From the NCBI RefSeq assembly GCF_006345805.1, contig NC_043014.1, forward strand, positions 46,128,001 through 46,192,000: a stretch of DNA of 64,000 nucleotides, in the 5' to 3' direction. The position numbers and the translations under genes were made by a program. The DNA is from Octopus sinensis. Taxonomy: Eukaryota. This document shows positions 26,461-38,956 of this stretch, piece by piece; the first letter of the stretch is position 1; each line of letters opens with the position of its first letter. A model generated the notes under the pieces. That model was not told the DNA's origin. It saw only the letters and a program-made list of their open reading frames with translations, and searched no databases.

Positions 26461-27010
26461 TTACATTAAAATTAATACCCTCTCCCAACAGGTCCTAAGC
26501 CACGCAAGAGTGTAACTCATGAAACAAACATGAAGAGTGCCTAATAACAAGATTCATATTATGCAGGTAACTATCTCGTGTCTGTGCACATTCTACCACA
26601 GGTGAACATAGCAGAAAAGGGGACAAGCTCATAGAAACATCCTCATTTCACAACATTTTAATGCTGGTATGGGTTGGACAGTTTGACGAGCTGGCAAACC
26701 TAAGGACTATAACGAGTTCTGCTTCGTTGATTTCCACAACTGGATGCCTTTCCTAGTACTAACCACTTTACAGAGTGTATAAGGTGCTTTTTACAGCAAT
26801 CAAAACTAAAGCAACTTATCTATCTAGACAGAACACAAATGCCAAATCATACTAGTCAAAAATACATGTTAAAGGCTAGTGTTGAACTTGGCAAGCGGGA
26901 AGCATGGTACAACCAAAACAAATCTTCCTTATGCCTAGTTAAGCCAATTAGCTGCCAGTCATAGATTACATAACAGGCTGTAAAGTATTTATATATATTT
27001 TTTTTTTTTT

Positions 27011-27234
27011 TTACTACCCACAAGGGGCTAAACATAGAGGGGACAAACAAGGACAGACAAAGGGATTAAGTCGATTACATCGACTCCAGTGCGAAACTGG
27101 TACTTAATTTATCGACCCCGAAAGGATGAAAGGCGAAGTCGACCTCGGCGGAATTTGAACTCAGAACGTAACGACAGGCAAAATACCGCTAAGCATTTCA
27201 CCCGGCGTGCTAACGTTTCTGCCAGCTCGCCGCC
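27011..27234 (-). mobile_element. SINE family A, full length
   Basis: Near-identical to the other family A copies. Confidence 0.9.
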
Positions 27235-27439
27235 TTAAAGTATTTAATTGATTAACTACTATTGCTAACGATATTAAGCTAACTTTGGCACACAGCCATG
27301 AATTTTAGAGGCAACGGGTCAACCTTGGTACTTATCTGCTGCTTTATCTTACTGACCCTAGAAGGAAGTTCAAGGTCGGCAGGAGGTTGCTATGGTCACT
27401 TTTATAAACATACATAGAAGCAACTAAATTACTCAATGC

Positions 27440-28010
27440 TGATGCCAATCCACAATCAGCCTGGATGCTGATGACATTGACCCTCAAAGAGGTGAAGGTA
27501 ATTCAAGCGGAAGTGATGGAAGGGACAAATCATCGAAATTACCATCCAAGCTGAGGTGGAGGTCCTCGAAGGGCTTCCCGAGAACCTGTGGATTGGGGGA
27601 TTTGATCCTGAAAGTGTGGGTGGAGGGCAGGATTCCTCGCTGTTTTAAATGTGGCCAGAAAGGCCGCATAAGAGTGAACTGCCCTCCAACACAGGGGAAA
27701 AGGGGCCAAACGCAAACTGTGCCTGGAAAGATGGATGTCTGTAGTAAGGAAGCTGAGGATGAATAGGACCATGCTAGTACAGCTGGTTAAGGCCAAAAGG
27801 GAAAAAACGGAAAAAAACCGAAGGAGATAAAAACCAGCAGGTTAATTTAGAAAAAAGAACCTGGAACATTATAATTTCAAATTTTTAATTATAACTAGTT
27901 CATTCTTTATATTCAACATTTTATTTTTTTTCCATTTCACTGTAACCCATCCATTTGTAAAAATATTAGTGTCCCCTCTATGTATACCTTTATTGGTAAA
28001 TAAATAAAGA
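27440..28010 (+). mobile_element. 5'-truncated, internally deleted L1/Tx1-like element (gag C-half + putative ORF2 tip + 3' UTR)
   Basis: WKGQIIEITIQAEVEVLEGLPENL, then after a frameshift VWVEGRIPRCFKCGQKGRIRVNCP. At 27723 LERWMSVVRKLRMNRT compares with ERWKDVARKLRMDDT at ~41455. The 3' UTR has tgtaacccatcc...gtcccctctatgt...ggtaaataaataaa, like 41670-41748. Confidence 0.8.
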
Positions 28011-28217
28011 AAAACATATTCCTTTTAGTGCTCACTAAACTTTTCACAATGACTATCAAATTTATGGATATTATCCCTAAGAAAAAAAAAAAAAAAAAGA
28101 GGCCGTGCAGCCCTAAGCTGTACTGAAGACCAAATTTTCACCCTGTTTATTGAGCCAGTCCCCTGAACATACCATTGATGAGTGTATCAATGCCTTCTCG
28201 CAAGACAGCAACCTCTG

Positions 28218-28572
28218 TGGAGGTGCAATGGCCCAGTGGTTAGGGCAGCAGACTCGCAGTTTCGATTACCAGACCAAGCGTTGTGTGTTTATTGGATGAA
28301 AACACCTAAAGCTCCACGAGGCTCCGGCAGGGGGTGGTGGCGACCCCTGTTGTACTCTTTCACCCTAAATTTCTCTCACTCATTATTCCTGTTTCTTGTC
28401 CCCAACTTCCTATGCAACCGCTGAGCCTGGATGCGCATTAATCCATCCGTCGATGCTCTCAGTGTCGGGGGTTGACCTGCTTTCTCTTCTGCGGGTCTTA
28501 CGAATAGCAAAGACCATATTTCAGACTTCTCCCACTCGGGGACGAAGACCGCTTCACTCAACAAACAAACAA
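28218..28572 (+). mobile_element. SINE with family C head and a different, (AAAC)n-ending tail
   Basis: ggaggtgcaatggcccagtggttagggcagc head shared with family C for ~170 bp, then unrelated sequence ending caacaaacaaacaaac. Confidence 0.8.
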
Positions 28573-28754
28573 ACAGCAACTTCCATCCCACAGATGACTT
28601 GGCTATTTGTCCGTTGTCAGCTTCCATCTCAGTCTACCATAAACTTATGGCCCACAACTTTCCCCCCCTCCCACCAAATCCAACAATTTTCTCAAATCCC
28701 AAGCAGCACAGCAACCCAACAGAAAATACATCTTTTTCTTTCCTTACACAGGTA

Positions 28755-29138
28755 GATGGATGGAAGCACTCCGTGGTTACGACGACGAGCGTTCCGGTTG
28801 ATCCGAATCAACGGAACAGCCTGCTCATGAAATTAATGTGTAAGTGGCTGAGCACTCCACAGACACGTGTACCCTTAATGCAGTTCTCAGGGATATTCAG
28901 CATGACACAGAGAGTGACAAGGCCGGCTCTTTGAAATACAGGTACAACAGAAACAGGAAGTAAGAGAAAGTTGTGGTGAAAGAGTACAGCAGGGATCACC
29001 ACCACCCCCTGCCGGAGCCTCGTGGAGCTTTAGGTGCTTTCGCTCAATAAACACTCACAACGCCCGGTCTGGGAATCGAAATCGCGATCCTACGACCGCG
29101 AGTCCGCTGCCCTAACCACTGGGCCATTGCGCCTCCAC
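28755..29138 (-). mobile_element. SINE family C, full length
   Basis: Near-identical to 22448-22834. Confidence 0.9.
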
Positions 29139-29203
29139 ACCTTACACAGGTATATATACACTGAACAAGTCATGGATGCTGCCTTTCACCAAGCCCATAT
29201 TAA

Positions 29204-29792
29204 CCCCTTACCCGGCAGAAACGAATATATGCGTTTTGACCGAAATCGTTTTTTTTCTATCTCTGGCGAGTTAACTCGTCAAAAGATAGACTCGCCAAAA
29301 TCGACAGCAAACGAGTTCCTTTGTCTATTATAAACTCTTTTTTGACATATATGAGTATATTCGCTCACTTTATACGTCTGGCAGTGACGATTTCTGTCAC
29401 CTTTCGCTTGAGTAAGGCATTGAAGACCGAGTATGATTTAGTCACCTGGAGACAGTCGAAGGGTTGGAAGGCACATTTTATGAATAGAAGTATTCACTTT
29501 GTTTTTACGTTGTTTTTTTTTAATACCTTTATATTATAACCCCACCATGTCGATAACCAAATAAAATAACATGATTTTTTGTAAAAGTAATATGATTTAT
29601 GAAAAAAAAAACGGGTTAACTCGTTTCTGCCCAAAGCGGTAATTTAAAATCAATATTATTGAATTAAAATTCATAATAAATAAGGTTTGAAATATACCTC
29701 GAAATCACCATTCAAAACATAGTAAAAATAAAACAATTAAAAAATATGTCTGAAAAATACATTTATTTTCAAAATATTTGTTGGGTAAGGGG
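29204..29792. mobile_element. piggyBac-type non-autonomous element (MITE)
   Basis: TTAA (29200-29203) | CCCCTTACCCGGCA ... TGTTGGGTAAGGGG | TTAA (29793-29796): terminal inverted repeats with a TTAA duplication. Confidence 0.85.
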
Positions 29793-30013
29793 TTAATGGG
29801 CCACACTGCCTCGCTACCATACATACTTCAAAGTTCTCCCTACCTCCGTTTCACAACTCAAGTTTGTTACTTGACACCGTAACTGCTATCAGAAGGAAAC
29901 CAGCAACAATTAATTCTAACAATCAAAATTACAGCTAAGAGATCAGAAGGAAATCATTTGTATACAGATTATTACAGTTTAATGTATTGGAACAAGTCTT
30001 AAAGGCAGTGTTA

Positions 30014-30300
30014 GTCATCATCATCATTGTTTATCGTCCGCTTTCCATGCTAGCATGGGTTGGACGGTTCAACTGGGGTCTGGGAAGCCAGAAGGCTGCA
30101 CCAGGCTCCAGTCTGATCTGGCAGTGTTTCTACAGCTGGATGCCCTTCCTGATGCCAACCACTGTGAGTGTAGTGGGTGCTTTTTACGTGCCAGATGAAG
30201 CTGGCAATGGCCACGGTTGGATGGTGCTTTTTACGTGCCACCGGCACGGAGGCCAGGCGAGGCTGGCAACAGCTACGGTCGGATGGTGCTTTTTACGTGT
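30014..30300 (-). mobile_element. SINE-like family D copy
   Basis: tcatcatcatc...ccgctttccatgctagcatgggttggacgg..., the reverse complement of 18690-18927. Confidence 0.85.
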
Positions 30301-30864
30301 ATTAAAACTATTGATATCTGACCACTGACAGGAAGGAGATTATGCATGCAAGACTTTAAACCAGATTAAACAATTAGAAATATTTAGACTCACCCCAAAT
30401 ATTGCATTCTTTGTCATCAAAACAGTTCACAAGCCGAAAAGACATCTATGCTGCTGCTGCATGAGCTCTTGTTAGAATCAAATCTAAAAAAAATCCCACC
30501 ATAAAAGCAAAGTTCATGGGGTCAAACAACTGTTTTTTTTTTCCAGCAAGAGAAATTAACTGAAATACTGGTAGTTTATTGAAAGATCATAGAAAACACC
30601 ATACAGTCCTTATTCCATCTCTCTGCACTCGAAGCTTAGATCTTGCAAGGAATAGCTATGATGCCCTAATGATCGAGTCAGCCACATCACTGCCTTGGTC
30701 AATGTAATCCAACATAAGGTTGGTCAAAGGTAGGCTGAAGCAGGGATATCAACAGCAGAGTAATTTGGTTAAGATAAAAGTGAAAAAAACTGCTTGACCC
30801 AGGGGGAAAGTGTGACAAAAACTATTACTGATGGGTTATCTGTTCACAAAATCTTGTTTAATAT

Positions 30865-31208
30865 TGGTGGTGGTGGTGACCCCCTTCGGTCAGACACTGA
30901 CCATGGGTTTGCACCTAGAGTTACCCTCTGAGGAACAAGTCTGGGCAAGGTTGTTTTATGGAAGACCAGCAGTCGCCCATGCATACCGGCCTCCCCTCTC
31001 CACGTCACCGATGTTGCCCAAGGGAAAGGGGCCGATACAGCTTGGCACCTGTGACATCACAACTCATTTCTACAGCTGAGTGAACTGGAGCAACATGAAA
31101 TAAAGTGTCTTGCTCAAGAACACAACACGCAGCCCCAGTCCGGAATTCGAGCTCACAACCTCACGATCGTAAGCTCGACGCTCTAACCACTTAACCACGC
31201 GCCTTCAC
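30865..31208 (-). mobile_element. tRNA-derived SINE family E, (CCA)n tail
   Basis: Minus-strand head GAAGGCGCGTGGTTAAGTGGTTAGAGCGTC...GAGCTCGAATTCC. Ends in tggtggtggtgg on the + strand. Confidence 0.8.
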
Positions 31209-31992
31209 AGTTTGTATTATACATAGTATTAAACATTAACACTTCAAGTGCTCAGCCCTTCCCAGGGATACTGAAACTAAGAAAGGAATCCAGCCATAAA
31301 ATATCTACACCAAATAAAGAGTCAAACAAATAATGGGGCCATTTCAAACTTATAACCACCAGTTATATCCCCCCCGCAAATCAATGCACATATACACACA
31401 CACGGTGAGTAAGATATTCGAGGACAGATTTATGTTTATAAAAAAACCTTTTCTATAATAAAGGAGAAGTCATATAGTTTGCCTCCACCCCAATTTCTCT
31501 TAGGGTAAGGAACCTGCCCAAGATTTTAAGATTCTCAAGGCAAACTTCGTTAAGAGTCATAAATATTACACAATTCGTAATAACGACTCCATAAAGTTCT
31601 AGTCAGTAATGCCCAACTTGGCCTCTATCATGGCATCTATCAACAGAAGCAAATTAAGAGGGCAAATGCAAGAGGAGTTCTCCCACGTCACTGGTTATAG
31701 CAATGCAAAGGGTATTGTTGGATGACTGTTGACTTGCTGTTTGTTAAAAAAAAAAAAAAAATTGTTAACTGCTTCGCAGGACATTGTTTAAATTCTGTGC
31801 TTTCCTCCACAGGGGAAGATTTGAACATTGTTTTTGTGAACTGCAACTTATTTGAATGAAATTTTTAGCAAAAGCTCGAGTTATCATTTGTGAGAATTAT
31901 TAAAGAAAAAAAAAAAAAAACAAAAGAATCCTGTTCTCCTTTAAGAAATTTATTGAGAAGAAATGGTTTAAAAAAAAAAAAAAAAAAAAAAA

Positions 31993-33690
31993 ATGGCAAA
32001 TCATCCTGACATGGAAACAATAAAGGAGCAAATGGCTCTTGAAGTTGAAGAAATAATGGAGTAAAAAATTTTTGCAGCAGCAGTTATAGTCCACAAAATC
32101 TGGAAATGATGCACTCAGAATATCAGTCCTTCTGCTGTGTGCTATCATTGGATGGGAGAGATGTGTGAATCGTCCCTCCAAGTGAGATCACAATTCAAAC
32201 CAAGAACAAATCTATACAAATCTATCATATACAAGACATTCAATCCGGAGACAAAAAAAAAAAAAAAAAAAAAAATCTCAAATATACCAAAAGTAGAGTA
32301 TAGAGAAATGTCTCAGGCCAGTCTGGAAGGATGTGGCTTATGTGGCCCAAGGCGGAAAGTTCACCTCAGTAGAGGTGAGATTTAAAACAGCCAAAAAGGC
32401 AAGGGTGTATTCAGTACTCACACTAAAAACCAAAGAAGTGGTACAACTGCCTTATCTGGGACATATAAAGTTCAGGATTAAGATACAGAAAGTACCACGC
32501 GAAATCGACGCCACCTGGGTGGTGGCAGTCCTATGTTATTTAAGGGAAGACAAAATCTATTACAGATTACTCGCTCTGTCCCCAAAAAACTGACTGGGGC
32601 AGACGATTGAAATATTAATCCAGGCGGCACTGGAAGAATCAGAGTAGATTCCAGATAGAATGATAATAGATGAGAACGTTGTCCTAAAAAGGTGCCCTGA
32701 AAAGGAGGCCATGTCATTTCAAGTGTGGGCAGAAGGGCCACATTTGTGCAGAATGCAGCCCTTCTAACAAGGAGGCCCTCCACCCACCTTGACAAGAAGC
32801 AAAAAAAAAAAAAAAGGGGGGAGGGAGCCAAAGGAAAGAAACCAGAAGAAAATGCTGTGAACGTGGAAAAAAAATTTCCCCTCCTGGCTACGACATGGAG
32901 GTTGTTGAACAGGAGGTGGAATTCCAAATTATCTCTCGGAAACAGGGAAAAAGAAATGTGTCCCCCAACCCACTACCTTTCAGGTTCGTTGGTGTTTATG
33001 TGCCAAGTCCTAGAAACAGAGGCCGATTTCTATTGATGCCTAGAAAATTTTCTGGTAACATAGAAGACATTAGTGGTGTTAGATTTTAATGCTATCCTGG
33101 ATGCATACCAGGATTGTGTTGGCTCAGTTAAGAAACACCTATGCCTCACCGATCTGCTTTAGCAGTTTCAGCTGGTAGATCATTACAGATTTGATCACCC
33201 GAGCATCCCAGTGTGGACCTGGAGTAATGGCAACAGGTTGTTCAAGTCTTATTTAGATAGAATATTTTGTACAAGAGATGAGTCTAGTTGTCCAGGTCTC
33301 CTACACTGATCACACGTTAGTGACGTGTAGGATGAACTTAGATAAGGTACACAGTCTTGTTTAGCTTCCAATAGTCAGATCCCTGTCTATTTTGTCTCGT
33401 GAAGCATACCGTAGTCACATTAAGGAGTTAGTCATGAGGGCATTAAACAGCCCCGTTTTGAATAACAGGTGGTTGTTTGCCCTCAAATGAGCTATTCGAC
33501 TTTAGTCCTATCTTAACTTAGCTTTTGAATAAGTCTAATTGACTCGAGTAGAAAGGGATCCAGTCAAGGACTTTGGAAATGCGTTAAGGTCGTGCTCCGC
33601 ATCCCAAGTTTTGACAGCGAGATCAGCCTTGGAGCAACACCTCAAAGCCAAACACGAGGGCTGTAGAGTTCGGGCTAAAGTACAGGCAAA
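31993..33690 (+). mobile_element. L1/Tx1-like LINE 5' portion: decayed gag-like ORF1 plus APE endonuclease and linker
   Basis: ORF1: IIYKTFNPET...KDVAYVAQGGKFTSVEVRFKTAKKA...KIQKVPREIDATWVVA...HFKCGQKGHICAEC, collinear with 40007-41029. ORF2 pieces: FRFVGVYVP (32979), LVVL-DFNAILD (33070), LVDHYRFDHPSIPVWTWSNGNRLFKSYLDRIF (33172), YTDH (33302), LEQHLKAKHEGCRVRAKVQ (33629). No RT follows. Confidence 0.85.
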
Positions 33691-33704
33691 TTTCATCTAA
33701 TTTT

Positions 33705-35735
33705 GTTTACGGCTGTTAGTTCAGAAACTAACATTTTCGCCATATTTTACTTTTTTATTTCCATAAAGGGAAGAAGAATGTTGAGGCTTACAAAGAGATA
33801 TGCGAAGTTTAGGGTGTTGATTGCTTAACAGAACGTACATGTCAGAAATGGTTTTAAAAATTCTGTTCTGGAGATTTTTCACTCAAAGATGACCATAGAT
33901 GACCAACTGAGGTTGATGACTGAATCAAAGCCATAATTGAATCCGATTGTCATAACTGTGCAAGAGATTGCAGAGAGGTAAAATGTATCAAGACAAGTGA
34001 AAATCAGTGTCTTGGATTCATTAAGAACCTTGACATTTGGGTTCCGCAAATTGAAAGAGATTCACTTAACACAATGAGTACAGTCAATCACGAGGAGATC
34101 TGACAATACTAGACTGCTACAATGAAGGCGAAGGGTTCCATTTTTATTAGACACCATAGTCACAGACAATGAGACTTGGGGCCCATTCCCGAGCCAGAAT
34201 TCAAAAGACAATATGGAAAGGAAACACCTGGAATCCTATCAAAAAGAAATTCAAGATAACCTTGTACTGAGAGAGTGAGGGCAGCTGTTTTTTTTTTCAT
34301 TTGCAGGATGTGCACATGTGCAAAAGGGCCTATACTGGACCATTACGAGAAAGAAAAAGAAAAAAATGAAAGAGAGCGGCCTAGCTAGACCTTCCTGAAA
34401 TCATACCCTGCTGTTTAAAATAAGAAAAGAAAACCCCTCAAAAACACCAGATGGTGACAAGTCTGATCTGAGTGGTTGCTCTAGGGTTACATAACATACC
34501 TTGATAAAGTACCCACCTGGGTACTTCATACTTTGAACAAAAAAATCAAACACCAGTACTACATCAGTTTGCTCGCTTGATACCAGCTTCACGGACCCAT
34601 CTCTAAAGCATCACTATTGATGATAATGAAAAACAGTAATCACATCAATATAAAACAGAAAAAAAAAATGGCCAAGTTCCAACAACAAATAAGCAACAGC
34701 TTGAACCAAGCTGGAGCTGCATCCATAAAAACATTGGTCTGCATTTGGTGGGATTGGAAAAGCATAATCCATTACAAGACACTTGAAGATAAAGCTCTGT
34801 ATTCTCCATTGGGTTATGTTCAACAAATGCATAGACTCAATCAATGAGGCAATACTCACACCAAGCCATCCATAAAAAGAATGGTCTGCATTTGGTGGGA
34901 TTGGAAAAGCTTAATCCATTACAAGACACTTGAAGATAAAGCTCTGTATTCTCCATTGGGTTATGTTCAACAAATGCATAGACTCAATCAATGAGGCAAT
35001 ACTCACACCAAGCCATCCATAAAAAGAATGGTCTGCATTTGGTGAGATTGGAAAAGCTTAATCCATTACAAGACACTTGAAGATAAAGCTCTGTATTCTC
35101 CATTGGGTTATGTTCAACAAATGCATAGACTCAATCAATGAGGCAATACTCACACCAAGCCATCCATAAAAAGAATGGTCTGCATTTGGTGAGATTGGAA
35201 AAGCTTAATCCATTACAAGACACTTGAAGATAAAGCTCTGTATTCTCCGCTGGGTTATGTTCAACAAATGCATAGACTTAATCAATGAGGCAATACTCAC
35301 ACCAAGCCATCCATAAAAAGAATGGTCTGCATTTGGTGAGATTGGAAAAGCTTAATCCATTACAAGACACTTGAAGATAAAGCTCTGCATTCTCCATTGG
35401 GTTATGTTCAACAAATGCATAGACTCAATCAATGAGGCAATACTCACACCAAGCCATCCATAAAAAGAATGGTCTGCATTTGGTGAGATTGGAAAAGCTT
35501 AATCCATTACAAGACACTTGAAGATAAAGCTCTGTATTCTCCGCTGGGTTATGTTCAACAAATGCATAGACTCACTCAATGAGGCAATCCAGCTGAAACA
35601 GGCTCAATTGGCAACACAGCACGTTTCTACACAGCAACGCTTGTCCTTCTGTTAATCTGACCACAAATCCTAATCAAAAGCTTGATTGGGAAGTTTTACT
35701 ACACCCAGCCATAGTCTGACATGGAATAATTGAAA
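33705..35735 (+). pseudogene. Near-complete decayed mariner transposase, interrupted and internally amplified
   Basis: HFRHILLFYFHKGK...ERTCQKWF*KFCSGDFSLKD (33732), DIWVP (~34035), LDTIVTDNETW (~34150), VCIWWDWKSIIHY (34737), LDWEVLLHP (~35683). Confidence 0.85.
34720..35588. repeat. 147-bp tandem repeat (6 copies) derived from the mariner catalytic region
   Basis: ccaagccatcc at 34861, 35008, 35155, 35302 and 35449; the period is exactly 147. Confidence 0.97.
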
Positions 35736-35799
35736 AACAAGCTAAGCATCTGAAAATGCTTAGCTTTTTATCAGTTATTCCAGTCTCAGAAGCATTTCG

Positions 35800-35996
35800 A
35801 TTTCTTTACTACCCACAAGGGGCTAAACATGGAGAGGACGAACAAGGACAGACAAACAGATTAAGTCGATTATATCGACCCCAGTGCGTAACTGGTACTT
35901 ATTTAATCGACCCCGAAAGGATGAAGGGCAAAGTCAACCTTGGCGGAATTCGAACTCAGAATGTTGCGGCAGACAAACGTCTAAGAAGCATTTCAT
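35800..35996 (-). mobile_element. SINE family A, 5'-truncated
   Basis: Tail and core present; A-box end missing. Confidence 0.85.
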
Positions 35997-36565
35997 TCAA
36001 CAACGATGTTGAGCTGAAAACATTGTTCAATAAATTCAAGTGATCAAGTTATTATGAAGCAATGAACGGATATACTGATCGACTCGTTAAAAAAAAGAAA
36101 AAAAATCAATGAAAGATAAGGATCAAAATAAATGGGGGGGAAATGTGAAACAAATGAAGGATCTGCTACTCAAATTTCACCGATGTAGGATACAATACAA
36201 GCTAGATCTTCCTCAAATCATACCCTACTGTTTAAAAAGAGAAAAAAAAAAAAGAAAAAGAAAACCCCTCGAAAACACCAGATGGTCACAAGTCTGATCT
36301 GAGTGGTTGCTCTAGGGTTACATAACATACCTAGATCTTCAAAATTCAAGCCATGACAACAAAATATAAGAGCTGATACAGTTTTTGTAGACAAATGTAC
36401 TGTCAGTATTAGAAAATAAATTTATATATATCTTGCTTCACTCAGTTGACTACAGCCATGCTGAGGCACTGTCTTGAAGGATTTTAGTCGAACAAATCAA
36501 CCCTAGGACCTTTTTAAGCCAAGTACTTATTTCATTGGTCACTTTTGCTCAACCACCAAGTCATA

Positions 36566-37177
36566 AGTTCCCTAATGCACATGCGCTAAAAACTGGGACG
36601 AGAATTCTATGGCATTCGTTGAAGAGAGAAGACGTGTTTAACGTGTTATCAGCCTAGTCTCCTGTCCCAGACATCATCATCATCATCGTTTAGCGTCCGC
36701 TTTCCATGCTGGCATGGGTTGGACGGTGCAACTGGGGTCTGGAAAGCCAGAAGGCTGCACCAGGCCCAGTCTGATCTGGCAATGTTTCTACGGCTGGATG
36801 CCCTTCCTAACGCCAACCACTCCATGAATGTTGTGGGTACTTTTTACGTGCCACCGGCACAAGTGCCAGACGAGGCTGGCAAACGGCCACGATCGGATGG
36901 TGCTTTTTATGTGCCACTGGCACGGAGGCCAGGCGATGCTTGGGTGATTTGGGAACCACCTTATTTTCTGAAGCCACTACAAGGAACTTTGTTACGTGCT
37001 TCCGCACTAGAGGGGGGAGCCTTTGTAGTGACGTCATTCTTCAGTGTGCATGTGCGAGGCTGGAACCTTCTGGAAAGGCCTAAGGAAGTTCCCTAATGCA
37101 CATGTGCTAAAAACTGCAAACGAGAATTCTATGGCGTTCGTTGAAGAGAGAAGTGTTTAATTCTCCTGTCCCAGACG
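36566..37177. repeat. ~100-bp direct repeats (36566-36672, 37086-37177) bracketing a family D copy and an imperfect palindrome
   Basis: aagttccctaatgcacatg(c/t)gctaaaaactg...ctcctgtcccagac occurs twice. Inside, cactacaagg (36978) pairs with cctttgtagtg (37020). Confidence 0.8.
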
Positions 37178-37399
37178 CTTGGGATTTGACCGGTTCTGTT
37201 GCTGCTGGAGTTGTTGTGAGGTTTATCTTTACAAATCTTTAACTTCAGTCTTGCTGTACCTACACCAAGTGGTTACCAATTTACTAACGTGTCTTCTTAT
37301 GTAAATAACGAAATAAAGTGTCATATTTTCTAAGGTTGCTTTCTTGTTCCTGACGCCGGTAGTTTTTGGAAACAAAGAAGGAAATTGTGTTGCACCCAA

Positions 37400-37620
37400 A
37401 CAGTGCAAAAGCCCCAACCTGTTCCAGACAGGTCCTTTACAACACCAACACTAGTCGTCAAACATATACAGGATGGGCTTTTCAGTTTCTGTCAAATCTA
37501 CCCACAAAGCTTTACCTGGTCCGAGGATATAGAAGACATTTCTCCAAGGTACCATGCAATGGGACCGAACCGATAACCATGTGGTTGCGAAGCGAGCTTC
37601 TTACACAGCAACACCTGCAT
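37400..37620 (-). mobile_element. Degenerate SINE family B-like copy
   Basis: tttcagtttctgtcaaatctacccacaaagc...aaccatgtggttg...cttacacagc parallels family B. Confidence 0.65.
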
Positions 37621-37631
37621 GCATATTTATA

Positions 37632-38956
37632 TATCACTGAACTGCAAAAACATTGCACTGTAAAAAATGGTTTCACACAAAAATATTAAGATTATATGGA
37701 TTTTATCACATTTCTAGGTAATTTGACATCAGGAAAATGTCACTGACCCACAAAAATCACTCTTGTAAAACAAGGCTTGGAGGCAGTGTTTGAACACTGC
37801 ATGATACATGAGCAAAACGTTGACTCATTGAGTATAAAAGGAACCCAAATTTACCAGCCTGTTATCGGTTTCCTTGAATGTAGCAATCATGCCAAGACTG
37901 ACATGAAATCAGAGGGAACAAGCCATCGGACATCTCCATGCTGGTCAACATCCATAGGCCATTGCTAATGACAGACTTCAGTATTTAGACAACTGAGCAG
38001 CTGAGGGAAGGACAATGCCACAAACAGCATGGATAATCGTCCACGCAGTGGCCAACTGAGGGTTACAATGGCATGTCAAGATCACCACCTGCACTGACAG
38101 AAATTGCAGGACTGATTCCAGAACTAGGGGGCCCCCATCCTCACAGATCGTCATCAATGGGTACGTATGCAGTGGGCTCAAAAATATCAGAACTGGCAAT
38201 ATCAGCAGTGGAGGACTAGTCTTCTGTGACTAAAGTCGATATTGCATTTCTGTGGCAGATGGTAGAGCTAGGGTTTGGAGAAGGGGTGAATGTCATGCTG
38301 ATGGCTGTGTGGTGGAGAGAGACTCATGAGGAGGACAGAACATCATATGTGGTGACATTACACTCAACCAGAGAGTTGGACTAGTGGTCTTCCAAAACAT
38401 TGGTCAAGGCCAGGGCAATGGAGTAACCACTGCTCACTATGTCGACCAAGCATTGAGGTCTCACAATGCATAATACTTTGCTCATCATCAGAATCAAGTG
38501 TTCCAACATGACAATACCCATGCTGCCAAGTAGACAGACACCCAGACACTGCCATGGCCTGCCCTGCCCTAAGTCCAGACTTAGGGCCCCACAGACCACC
38601 TGTAGGAAGAAATCCAAAGAAAGGTAAATGGCATTCGTCCAAGAATGACAACTGCAGCACAATTCACTGCAAGTTTCAAAGTGAGCTGCTATCCGCAGAG
38701 CCTTCAATCGTTTTTGGTGCATTTAATGTACAGAAGATGGCTGGCAGTAATCAGTGCTGACAGCGGTCACACGAGATATTGACTTCATCTCTTTGGATCC
38801 AGGACACTGTCATCACGACACCAAACACGCTTCAGGAAATGTTTTATTAGGAAAAGACAGTTTCTTAATTAGCACTCTTCAATCAATGCTATGGCAGTCT
38901 TAATAAACTGGTTTCTACTTAGTATGGATGCGACATTTCTTCTCTCGTTCAGTATA
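37632..38956 (+). mobile_element. Decayed Tc1-family DNA transposon
   Basis: From ATG 37889: MPRLT..QREQAIGHLHAG, DNRPRSGQLRVT, PILTDRHQWVRMQWAQ, DGRARVWRR, VFQHDNT, LPWPA..SPDLGP. Possible degenerate TIRs at cactgaac (37635) and gttcagtaTA (38947). Confidence 0.8.

Noticed and set aside
36566-37177. Mini LTR element (TRIM) suggested by direct repeats
   Set aside because: No TG...CA ends, PBS, polypurine tract or TSD recognised, and the interior is mostly a family D insertion.
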